A DNA stretch of 19,561 bases, taken from an uncultured Verrucomicrobiota bacterium (GTDB taxonomy: Bacteria; Verrucomicrobiota; Verrucomicrobiia; Methylacidiphilales; CAMAQI01). Positions 1 to 7,415 of the stretch are shown one piece after another. Under the pieces are notes generated by a model. It saw only the letters and a program-made list of their open reading frames with translations. It was not told where the DNA came from and made no database searches. A program made the translations under genes and the position numbers. Each line of letters begins with the position of its first letter. The stretch's first letter is position 1. Where the stretch lies: NCBI GenBank assembly GCA_964555235.1, contig CAZKRU010000076.1:1-19561 (forward strand), written 5' to 3'.

Positions 1-879
1 CGCGAGAAACAACTTCGGCCACTCATCCGGACGCTGCGCCTGCAACGTCGTGAGAACCGGCTCTTGTTTTGAAATTGCCAACTGATCCAACAACGCGCCG
101 AGACTCCGAAGATCTTTCGGAATCAATGCACTGAGTGAGCGAGGACCTTCATCCGCAGGACGACCGGAAAGCTTGAGGAGTTCCGCACGGCCCAATGAGA
201 GCTCAACGAGAACTGCCAGTTGCGAGGCCGGAGTCCGCGCCATCGTCTCGTCAATCTTGGCAATCACTTCGTCCGCAAATCCACCTTGATTTAAAGTACT
301 CCATGATTTGATCAGCGGAGAAATTTGAGCGAGAACCGCTTTCGTTCCGACTGCATCGCGAAAACCCTTTTGAGCCAAGGCAGGCTCGTCGACTTTTTCC
401 TCGAGAAGCACAAACGGATCCGTTTTCTTCGTCGGAATCTCGCAAAGGCCTTCTTTTTTGAGAGTACGCTTGACCGAATCCCACCATTTTTTCCATTGAT
501 CCACTGCAATGATATCAGGAGAAAGCACCTGTTGGATATTGTCCGTCGTCGCCTGAGAGCCAAGGCTCTCGATACAATTTTTTACAACGGCAATCGGATC
601 TGAAATCGCTTTTTGTTTGAGCTCGTCACGATGATCTAATTTTTGCGCGAGAATATGAGAGTCGGGCAATAATTGAAACGTTTGCGCTGCGTACTCGATC
701 TGCATCGAGTGACCTTTTTTCGTTAGAAAATCGATCGTCACTTGCTTGAGGTTTTCGTCAACTTCGCGAATGCGACCAAACCCCCAACTCCGATGCGTTC
801 CATATCTACCAGGAACAATTGATTCCATTTTCGCAGTCAACTCGGGCGAAATTGCCGATTCTTCAGTATCCAGTGCCAT
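1..879 (-). CDS. Hypothetical protein, N-terminal 293 aa (partial; C-terminus lies beyond the window start). The N-terminal region resembles a CarD/TRCF-like RNA-polymerase-interacting domain.
   Basis: Open minus-strand frame from the ATG at 877-879 to position 1 with no stop. It is missing from the ORF track because it runs off the edge. A weak SD (aagag) sits 7 nt upstream. N-terminus is MALDTEESAISPELTAKMESIVPGRYGTHRSWGFGRIREV.... The G..V.H..GxG.I pattern resembles the CarD N-terminal domain from memory. The coding-like composition continues across the whole 879 nt. Confidence 0.6.
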   Translation of the reverse strand, partial: MALDTEESAISPELTAKMESIVPGRYGTHRSWGFGRIREVDENLKQVTIDFLTKKGHSMQIEYAAQTFQLLPDSHILAQKLDHRDELKQKAISDPIAVVKNCIESLGSQATTDNIQQVLSPDIIAVDQWKKWWDSVKRTLKKEGLCEIPTKKTDPFVLLEEKVDEPALAQKGFRDAVGTKAVLAQISPLIKSWSTLNQGGFADEVIAKIDETMARTPASQLAVLVELSLGRAELLKLSGRPADEGPRSLSALIPKDLRSLGALLDQLAISKQEPVLTTLQAQRPDEWPKLFLA

Positions 880-1010
880 AGGGACTCTTACTGATGCCAA
901 AAGGAACCACGAAATGCAAATGTTTTCGTAACCTCCGTGACATAAATTGTTTGGAGCAGAAAGAGAGAGAGGTTAAAGGTTTCTCTCGCCAAGTTCGCGA
1001 AGGCAGCAAG

Positions 1011-1043
1011 AAAAGAAGAATAGAGAAGAATAGAGAAGAATAG
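1011..1043. repeat. 10-bp tandem repeat (tagagaagaa, about 3 copies) abutting the left end of the element
   Basis: aaaagaagaa-tagagaagaa-tagagaagaa-taggga, read directly from the sequence. Confidence 0.8.
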
Positions 1044-1070
1044 GGACGTATCCCTAGTATCTAGTATTTG
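1041..1070. repeat. Left REP-like terminal inverted repeat / hairpin of the RAYT element. tagggacgtatcccta is itself a palindrome.
   Basis: The reverse complement of 1041-1070 is caaatactagatactagggatacgtcccta. This matches 2104-2130 (caatactagattatagggatacgtccc) at about 24 of 27 positions. Confidence 0.7.
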
Positions 1071-2070
1071 AAATAGTTTCATACGCCTTTCGTAGGCTTT
1101 TGTCCTTTGTCATTCTCCGCTTCGCTGCTTGGATTCCTGCCCATACCGCTCGCTCTTCCACTCCTCCGCTCCGTTCCCCCATCTCTCGGATTGTCATTCT
1201 TCCCTTTTCCTGCATCAACAAGTAGACTAAATCTCGCCCCCAATCCCCATACCGATCCCGAAATTCCTCCCATCGCTCTCCTTTCGCTCCCTCAACCCCC
1301 TTTACCGCCTCCTCCCACTCCAACCCCCCCTCGATCGCCCTCAACTCTTTCTGCTCCGAACGTTTCCCTTTCACTCCCCCCTTCACTCGGGATGCCAGCT
1401 CTTTTCCACCCAAGATCAACCCCCACTTGACCTCCTCCCACGGATTCTCAACCTGCCCCTCCCTCACTTCTTTCTCCACTCGCTTCCGGTACTCCCCTTT
1501 TCCTCCCGACTTCTTCAGTACAAATTCCCGAGTCAACCACTCCGCTCCCTTCTCCAATCCCACATACGCTCGGTAACTACTCCAAGGATATTCCCGCAAA
1601 ACTCGCAGTCGCTCCTCCACCGCTCCCCCTTCGCTCTGTTTTCCCGCCCGGATCGCTTGGGATTCACGCTTATTCAACCCCAACCGCTTCACCCGAACTG
1701 GATTTAAATGCACATACCGACTGACCGAAACCCCTCGCTCCTCCGGATCCAAGATCACCCCCTTGAATCTTCCCTGAAATACCGGCCCCACTCGATGATG
1801 TCTCCGATTAAAGCTCATCCCATAACAAAGATTGAGCCATTTCATCCCCTCGCTGATCCGTAACTCCGGATCTTCGATCAACAGATGATAGTGGTTCCCC
1901 ATCAACACATACCCATGAATCTTAAAACCATATCGCTCCGGCAACTTTCCCAAATAATCCAAAAACTTCCGATGATCCGCATCCCCATCAAAGATCCGCT
2001 CCCGATCGATCCCTCGACTACTCACATGATGCCAGACCCCTTTGATTCGTACTCTTGCCGTTCTTCCCAT
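1054..2070 (-). CDS. HUH-family Y1 (tyrosine) transposase, IS200/IS605-like and REP-associated (RAYT-like), with a roughly 200-aa C-terminal extension
   Basis: 338-aa ORF. It has a GNHYHLL HuH motif around residue 60. It has SRYVHLNPVRVKRLGL around residue 120, a Y-x-H-x-NPV motif I recognise from RAYT/IS200-like transposases. A following EYPWSSY motif is also typical. The C-terminal 200 aa are E/K/R/G/W-rich, unlike the compact canonical TnpA of about 150 aa. Confidence 0.8.
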   Translation of the reverse strand: MGRTARVRIKGVWHHVSSRGIDRERIFDGDADHRKFLDYLGKLPERYGFKIHGYVLMGNHYHLLIEDPELRISEGMKWLNLCYGMSFNRRHHRVGPVFQGRFKGVILDPEERGVSVSRYVHLNPVRVKRLGLNKRESQAIRAGKQSEGGAVEERLRVLREYPWSSYRAYVGLEKGAEWLTREFVLKKSGGKGEYRKRVEKEVREGQVENPWEEVKWGLILGGKELASRVKGGVKGKRSEQKELRAIEGGLEWEEAVKGVEGAKGERWEEFRDRYGDWGRDLVYLLMQEKGRMTIREMGERSGGVEERAVWAGIQAAKRRMTKDKSLRKAYETISNTRY

Positions 2071-2103
2071 CTCGTCACACTACCCATCGCGCTTCTTTCC
2101 TGT

Positions 2104-2130
2104 CAATACTAGATTATAGGGATACGTCCC
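2104..2130. repeat. Right REP-like terminal inverted repeat / hairpin of the RAYT element
   Basis: Inverted copy of 1041-1070. It contains the hairpin ggga-tacg-tccc. Confidence 0.7.
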
Positions 2131-2162
2131 CGTTGTCTTATTCCGTCCCCGTTGTCTTATTC
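2125..2162. repeat. Perfect 19-bp tandem duplication (cgtccccgttgtcttattc x2) at the right end of the element. The first unit overlaps the terminal hairpin.
   Basis: 2125-2143 and 2144-2162 are identical. Confidence 0.85.
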
Positions 2163-2196
2163 ATTAAGAGCAAGTCAAGATCTGCCCCCACCAATC

Positions 2197-3231
2197 TTAT
2201 CCTCCCATTTCCACCAGACGAGCGCCTTCAGGATAATCTCCATGACGCGCCGAGGGGAGCGTAATCAGCCGCTGTGCTTCCTCAGGTAGAAACTGATGAA
2301 AGAGTCGCCGTCGCTCGTCATCCAACGAATGCGTCACATCATCAATTAGCAAGACCGGCCAATGGCCTCGCGCCAGTCGCAACAGACGCGCTTCCACAAT
2401 TCGCAAGGTCAGAGCGAGCAATCGCTGTTGTCCTTGAGATCCAAAATCTGAAACCAATCGTCCTTGCATCGTGAGTCGCCATTCATCACGATGCGGTCCG
2501 AGAACCGTCTGATGAAAGCGGCGTTCCCTCTCGCGAACTCCCGCCCAATCGGGAGCATCCGGTAATCCGGGGCGGTACGAAATTTCAATCTCCAACGCAT
2601 CCAAACCGATTTCACTCGCCAAGGGAAGAAGCTCCGCTTGCACGCGCTCGGTTCCATTCCAACGACGCGCCGTCATCTGATGTCCCCATTCGGAAAGTTG
2701 CTTCGTCAACGCCTTCCCCACTTCTTCATCGGGACGCTCTTCTCGAAGCCATGCATTTCGTTGCTGTAAAACGCGCTGATAACGCTGCGCCAATTCCAAG
2801 TATGAGGCGTCCTCCTGCGCCAAGAGGTGATCCATCCAATGACGCCGCAAGGACGCCCCTCCCGAAACAATATTCTGATCTTCCGGAGTAAATAAAACCG
2901 TCGGAACCGTTCCCCAAAAGGCTCGAATCTCGCGACAGGGCTCCCCATTTCGATCCAAGGCACGTTGGCCATCACGCCAGGTCAGACCCAAAGTCTCCTC
3001 GCGAAAATTCAATTCCACCCGAAATTCGCTCTTTCCCCAAAAAGGCAACTCTTTGAGATGCGTGGTACGAAAAGAGCGCAATCGTGAAATCAGATAAATC
3101 GCCTCTAAGATCGAGGTCTTTCCAGAACCATTCGGTCCGAGAAAGACCGTCGCACCGGGTTCAAGAGCAATCTCATATTCGCGGTGACAACGAAACTGAT
3201 ATACGCGAAGACGTTGAAGCAAGGAACTCAT
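2197..3231 (-). CDS. recF: DNA replication and repair protein RecF
   Basis: 344 aa. N-terminal Walker A motif GPNGSGKTSILEAI. Length and SMC-like architecture are typical of RecF. Confidence 0.85.
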   Translation of the reverse strand: MSSLLQRLRVYQFRCHREYEIALEPGATVFLGPNGSGKTSILEAIYLISRLRSFRTTHLKELPFWGKSEFRVELNFREETLGLTWRDGQRALDRNGEPCREIRAFWGTVPTVLFTPEDQNIVSGGASLRRHWMDHLLAQEDASYLELAQRYQRVLQQRNAWLREERPDEEVGKALTKQLSEWGHQMTARRWNGTERVQAELLPLASEIGLDALEIEISYRPGLPDAPDWAGVRERERRFHQTVLGPHRDEWRLTMQGRLVSDFGSQGQQRLLALTLRIVEARLLRLARGHWPVLLIDDVTHSLDDERRRLFHQFLPEEAQRLITLPSARHGDYPEGARLVEMGG

Positions 3232-3282
3232 GGAGGGTCACCCTTGCTAGCGACCCGGGATTAGAAACGCAAGTCAGCGAGT

Positions 3283-4104
3283 TTAGAAATGAACTTGCAG
3301 ACCAATCTGAAACGCATGCGTGAGCACCGAAGGGAAATCTCCATTGGCGTCAGGATTCCAGGAATTCATCAACTTATAACCGACCAACAAATCTCCGAAC
3401 GGAAGATCCCACGTGACTCCAGCAAAAAGCTGTTGACCAAACGCAAAATTATCCTCGGTTTGAGTTCCGGAGATTGATCCAATTTTCTTGACCGTCAGAC
3501 GTTCAAAAACCGGCCCGGCACCCGCACCGATAAAAGGCTTAAACTTACCTCCACCCGGCCAACGGAAAATCACATTCCCCATCACCGGCGCTTGAATCAG
3601 ATCTCCTTGTGCCTTATTGGAGCCGATTGCAAGTGCTTGCCCCTTGTAGGCACCTGCTCCCGAACTGATCTCCACTCGCTCCAATTCGTTGTAAATCACC
3701 CCCGCTTCAACCTCCAACGCGAGCCAGTCGTTCAAATTCACCCCGGGCGCCACATCAAATCGAAGTCCTTCACGAAAAGAGAGGCGATCATCTCCACCAA
3801 TGAAATCAATCCCCGTGATTTCCTCCGCCTTTGCATCTTCAACCAAAGTCAGCCCTGCATCCGCGCGAAAATAATAGCCCGGCTTCCCCGACTGCTCTTT
3901 ATTTGAACCGCGTAAATGGGCCGGAACCTTTCCCTTGAAGGGCTCTGATTTGGTTGCGGCAGGAGCCTCATCCAACGGAGTCGTCCGCATATTGGAGGGA
4001 ACCTTACTCTTAAAGGAATCTTCTTGCGCGCCGAGCGAGGCCACCATTGCTGTAATAAGAACAATCGAAAATAAGTTGCGTTTCATAATATTTCCTCGGT
4101 TCAC
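3283..4104 (-). CDS. Outer-membrane beta-barrel protein (OmpA/OmpW-like porin family) with a signal peptide
   Basis: N-terminal signal (KRNLFSIVLITAMVASLGAQ). Alternating amphipathic beta-strand pattern. Ends in an aromatic residue (..QVHF). An alternative start is the Met at 4086. The ATGA overlaps the stop of the upstream gene. Confidence 0.65.
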   Translation of the reverse strand: MNRGNIMKRNLFSIVLITAMVASLGAQEDSFKSKVPSNMRTTPLDEAPAATKSEPFKGKVPAHLRGSNKEQSGKPGYYFRADAGLTLVEDAKAEEITGIDFIGGDDRLSFREGLRFDVAPGVNLNDWLALEVEAGVIYNELERVEISSGAGAYKGQALAIGSNKAQGDLIQAPVMGNVIFRWPGGGKFKPFIGAGAGPVFERLTVKKIGSISGTQTEDNFAFGQQLFAGVTWDLPFGDLLVGYKLMNSWNPDANGDFPSVLTHAFQIGLQVHF

Positions 4105-4679
4105 GAGCGCAGGTAGTGAAGGAATGTCCTGAGAATTTCCTTCGCCGTTTCACGCGGATTGTAAGCCCGCTCTTGTTTATTTCCATCCCATCCGGTTTGA
4201 AAAGACATCACATACTTCTCTTTCGATTTCGACAAATCAAAGAGGTACACCTGGGTGCGAATCCGTTTGATTTTCATCGTCGAGGAGATTCCTTTGAGAA
4301 ACTCTCTTCCCTGACTCGGTGCCAAAGCACTATCACCGGCATAAAGAAATTCCCCAGAAACAAGCCATCCCTCCGAGGGAATCCGCTCAAGCCATTGCGC
4401 TTTGGCCGGAGCAATTTCCACCAATTGTTTGGCGATTTCATTTTGAAGCTCAAAGACCAGACTGTTCCGGAATTCGTAAAGTTCCCGGCTATTTTTATCG
4501 ATCTGCTCTGCCGCAGTCTCCAGCGTAAAGGGAGCCACAATGATCTTGGGTGGGTTTTTGGTCAGAGAAACCCCCTCCGCAATCCAGACATCACGGGCAA
4601 TCTCTTCAGCAGGGAGCGGTAAGCCCGTCAAAGCCATAAAAGCAAGCCAAAGTAGGGCTAGCGCAAGATTTTTACGCAT
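4101..4679 (-). CDS. Secreted/periplasmic hypothetical protein
   Basis: 192 aa with an N-terminal signal peptide (MRKNLALALLWLAFMALTGLPLPAEE). Translationally coupled (ATGA) to the downstream OMP gene. Confidence 0.55.
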   Translation of the reverse strand: MRKNLALALLWLAFMALTGLPLPAEEIARDVWIAEGVSLTKNPPKIIVAPFTLETAAEQIDKNSRELYEFRNSLVFELQNEIAKQLVEIAPAKAQWLERIPSEGWLVSGEFLYAGDSALAPSQGREFLKGISSTMKIKRIRTQVYLFDLSKSKEKYVMSFQTGWDGNKQERAYNPRETAKEILRTFLHYLRS

Positions 4680-4711
4680 ATTGTTGTAAATACTACTTCT
4701 TTTCTCTAGGA

Positions 4712-5371
4712 ATGAGCAAGGAAAAAATCATGCCCCTCTTTCTGACCCATCTTGACCATACCCTACTCGATCTCATCAATCAAGTCGGCATCAATCCCTT
4801 TTTTGATTTTCTCATGCCGATCGTCTCCAGTTTTAATTTTTTTAAGATCCCCCTCCTTCTCGGTGGACTCGCCCTCATGATTTTCGGTGGATTCCGGGAG
4901 CGGCTCTTTCTGATTTTGCTCGGCCTTCTCCTTCTGGTCGGAGATGCCGGAATCGGAAGCTCTCTCAAAAAGGCCGTGCATCGCCCCAGACCTCATGAAG
5001 TGATTCCCGGAGTTCGAGTTGTGACCTCCAGCGAAATCTTCTTGGGAGAACCGACGACCGGATCCCGCGGGCGTTCCTTCCCCTCCGGACACACTTGGAA
5101 CAACATCGCCATCGCCGTACTCCTCCTCAAATTGTATGGGCGAAAAGCAAGCCCCGCGATTCTTTGGGCCTTCCTCGTCGGTTACAGTCGAGTTTATACC
5201 GGATCTCATTACCCAAGCGATGTCATCGGATCGCTCATCCTCGGAAGCCTTTTTGCCTGGGGATTTCTCGAGCTTCTCCATGGAGCCTGGAAGCGGTGGG
5301 GCGAGCGATCATTTCCGAAACTTTGGAAGCAGCACCCGACTTGGTGGGGAACTCCGAAGCAGATCGAGTGA
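4712..5371 (+). CDS. PAP2-family phosphatase (phosphatidic acid phosphatase type 2 / undecaprenyl-diphosphatase-like)
   Basis: All three PAP2 signature motifs are present: KKAVHRPRP (KxxxxxxRP), FPSGHT (PSGH) and SRVYTGSHYPSDV (SRxxxxxHxxxD). Several TM segments. An alternative start at ATG 4730 has a better SD (aagga). Confidence 0.85.
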   Translation: MSKEKIMPLFLTHLDHTLLDLINQVGINPFFDFLMPIVSSFNFFKIPLLLGGLALMIFGGFRERLFLILLGLLLLVGDAGIGSSLKKAVHRPRPHEVIPGVRVVTSSEIFLGEPTTGSRGRSFPSGHTWNNIAIAVLLLKLYGRKASPAILWAFLVGYSRVYTGSHYPSDVIGSLILGSLFAWGFLELLHGAWKRWGERSFPKLWKQHPTWWGTPKQIE

Positions 5372-5417
5372 CGCCTAGTAGGGCGACCTCTCCGAGGGCG
5401 CCATGCTTGTTGTTAGA

Positions 5418-5501
5418 TCAGGAACTCATGAACTCAGGAAAAAAATAATCAATCGTCTCCTGAAGCTCCAGAGCGGCAGGAGCGAGAAACTCAAACTTCA
5501 C
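5418..5501 (-). pseudogene. Remnant of a ParE/RelE-family toxin gene (27 codons, then stop), translationally coupled to the antitoxin
   Basis: A GTG start overlaps the antitoxin stop as GTGA (5498-5501). It encodes VKFEFLAPAALELQETIDYFFPEFMSS*, which resembles a ParE/RelE N-terminus (KIEFLPSAVKEL-like). All three frames terminate within about 20 nt. Only 47 nt remain before the PAP2 stop. Confidence 0.45.
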
Positions 5502-5731
5502 TTTTTCTTTTTCAGCCGAAGACGTTTGAACACCTGATCGCCTGGGATCGAGGGAATGATTCCAGCGTCATAAGCATCGATCCTCTCTTCAGCCTCTGCA
5601 GCCCATTGCTCCCGAATCGATATGGCACGGGGGCCTTCCAAGCTTTGGAGAAGACGAGATGCCAGTCGAATCCTCGAACGGGCAGGAAGAGAAAGGGCGT
5701 CTTTCGTCAGTTTTTCAATGGCTTTAACCAT
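5498..5731 (-). CDS. Antitoxin of the 'putative addiction module component' family (TIGR02574/Unstab_antitox-like), normally partnered with a ParE/RelE toxin
   Basis: 77 aa, MVKAIEKLTKDALSLPARSRIRLASRLLQSLEG...REQWAAEAEERIDAYDAGIIPSIPGDQVFKRL. The L..ALSLP..ER..LA..LL.SL / W..E..RR...Y..G pattern is characteristic of this family. Confidence 0.7.
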   Translation of the reverse strand: MVKAIEKLTKDALSLPARSRIRLASRLLQSLEGPRAISIREQWAAEAEERIDAYDAGIIPSIPGDQVFKRLRLKKKK

Positions 5732-5880
5732 AAAAGAAGTGTCGCTCCACCAAACGAGACGTCAAGTTTCTGTTTTTGGCAATATCGAAGCAACCGTCCT
5801 CGTGCCACTTGGTGCGCGAGGTCCGCGGTAAGCCAATCTAAGATTTAAGGTCATGATACGCGGGACGGCTCGCAAGGGGA

Positions 5881-6258
5881 TTACGGATCACGATGATGGA
5901 ACTCCGCGTGCAACTGCCGAAGCGTCGGCGGGAGTTTCTGCCAGTATGCCTTGCATTTTGGGCTGGGAACCTGCCAGAAGAGGTTTTCCACGAAGGCAAC
6001 ATCAATGCACTTTTGGACGGGCTCCAAGCCGTTGGAAAAAGCGTCTTCCAAGAATTGGAAGAGTGTTTCGTGAACCGTGTATGAAACTTCACTGCACATC
6101 TCTGCATTGAGCGCATCCGCGAGAGCTTCGAACCATGCGTACTCTACACCAACTTCAAGACTGTCATCCCACCTCACCTCATGGAAGCGGTCAGCGGATG
6201 AGCTGATTTGCGGAAATCTCTCTCGTACTTGGCGATAGAGTTCAGCGACAGGGTCCAT
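5881..6258 (-). CDS. Hypothetical small acidic protein (125 aa), last gene of a 3-gene operon
   Basis: Complete ORF. It follows the rhodanese-like gene with a 9-nt gap. I recognise no motif. Confidence 0.5.
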   Translation of the reverse strand: MDPVAELYRQVRERFPQISSSADRFHEVRWDDSLEVGVEYAWFEALADALNAEMCSEVSYTVHETLFQFLEDAFSNGLEPVQKCIDVAFVENLFWQVPSPKCKAYWQKLPPTLRQLHAEFHHRDP

Positions 6259-6267
6259 TTATGCGTC

Positions 6268-6888
6268 CTAACGTCGGCCGAGAGACGTCTGTTTCTGTTC
6301 CACAATGGTCCCTTCAAACGCGATTCTTGGATCACTCACCTTGACCAGTTCGTTCAGCTCGTAAACGTTGCGATAACCATATCCATACAGATTAATGTAG
6401 GTTGGAATATTCAGCGCCATCATGATCGGTTTTTCTTGTGCAGTGATTTGTGCTCCCACCCCGTTACCTGGCTTCACACGTTGCGCAGCAATCCCAGGGA
6501 TCCCAGCAACCTTCGAGGCAAAATCCGTCTGGTTGCCGTCAAAATTGTTGTTGCAGTAAATCAGGATCGTGGTTTCGAAAGAGGGAATGACTTTCTGTAA
6601 ATTCTCCTGCGTAAAGTCGGTAAAAGCTAAGCTTTTTGCCCCTTTCATATGAATTCGCTCAAACCGAAACGTCGAGCGAGCATCAAGAATGAGGACTCCC
6701 GGTTCTTGGCTCATCTTCATAAAGGTATTGAGGTCAACCAGGCGACTTGCTCGGTGAGTCTCCACCTCCGCAACCAGCCCCTTGAAGTCATCATAGCTAA
6801 CCTTGGCCTTTGGATAATTCGGAACCTGCGCCAATCCCACGTTGGCAGCCAAAAGCATGACCGATACCGCAATACCTCTCATTTTCAT
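6268..6888 (-). CDS. Secreted rhodanese-like domain protein with an atypical active-site loop
   Basis: Signal peptide MKMRGIAVSVMLLAANVGLAQV. The core resembles the rhodanese fold (VLILDARSTFRFERIHMKGAKSL.......TILIYCNNNF). The Cys loop is CNNNFDGN, not the canonical CxxGxR. A C-terminal extension of about 90 aa is present. Confidence 0.45.
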   Translation of the reverse strand: MKMRGIAVSVMLLAANVGLAQVPNYPKAKVSYDDFKGLVAEVETHRASRLVDLNTFMKMSQEPGVLILDARSTFRFERIHMKGAKSLAFTDFTQENLQKVIPSFETTILIYCNNNFDGNQTDFASKVAGIPGIAAQRVKPGNGVGAQITAQEKPIMMALNIPTYINLYGYGYRNVYELNELVKVSDPRIAFEGTIVEQKQTSLGRR

Positions 6889-6890
6889 CT

Positions 6891-7214
6891 TCAGTCCTTT
6901 CTTGATGGGGCGATTGCTAGATGTTTTTTCAACTCGTCCAACGAGGCAAAGCGGTCACCAGACTCAATCATTTCTGCCTTCTCCAATAAAACATGGAGGT
7001 TTTCAACATTCGGTGTTCCGTCGGGAATAAGTTCAAAGGTCTCGGATGAGAAAAATCCTTTTCCCTTCTTAATTCTGCCTATGTATTTCTGGCCCAAGTG
7101 ATCACAAAACTGATACTCACAATTTTTAACGTCGATGGTCTCGATCCAGTTTGGCGGATTACTGGGGGAGTCAAATGTCTCGATCACTGGATCGTCTCTG
7201 AGAATCAGCATCAT
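6891..7214 (-). CDS. Hypothetical protein (107 aa), first gene of the operon
   Basis: Complete ORF with a 2-nt gap to the downstream gene. A GGTGAG SD-like sequence precedes the ATG. No motif recognised. Confidence 0.45.
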   Translation of the reverse strand: MMLILRDDPVIETFDSPSNPPNWIETIDVKNCEYQFCDHLGQKYIGRIKKGKGFFSSETFELIPDGTPNVENLHVLLEKAEMIESGDRFASLDELKKHLAIAPSRKD

Positions 7215-7415
7215 ATTGTCTCACCGAAACATTATTCAACCGACCGGTCGGCTCCGAAAGGATTCGGAGCAGGTCATCCTTAAAAAGCTCGAAACTTTTT
7301 CTCCCATGCGATCTCAAATTATCAAGGATATCTGATCGACTCAAGGTCTATCCTTGAATCGTTCTTTATCTCTCTCTGCGATCTCGGCGATCTCTGCGCG
7401 GAAAAATCCCCTCCT

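Larger units (their letters stand above)
1041..2130 (-). mobile_element. Compact element of about 1.1 kb: Y1 transposase gene flanked by inverted REP-like hairpin ends (RAYT/REP or IS200-like unit)
   Basis: A single ORF is bracketed by imperfect inverted repeats of about 27 bp. Each repeat abuts a short tandem duplication. The element sits between the recF 3' end and the upstream region of the CarD-like gene. Confidence 0.6.

Noticed and set aside
888-1082. 64-aa minus-strand ORF between the CarD-like gene and the transposase
   Set aside because: It spans the tandem-repeat and REP-like hairpin region. The low-complexity peptide (L/F/S-rich) is encoded by repeat sequence and is unlikely to be a gene.
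1107-1430. 107-aa proline-rich plus-strand ORF
   Set aside because: It is antisense to the Y1 transposase gene. The poly-Pro/Ser/Leu composition is an artefact of the complementary E/G/K/R-rich coding strand.
4763-5281. 172-aa minus-strand ORF inside the PAP2 gene
   Set aside because: It is antisense to a CDS that carries all three PAP2 signature motifs. It is low-complexity and E/K/S/G-rich.
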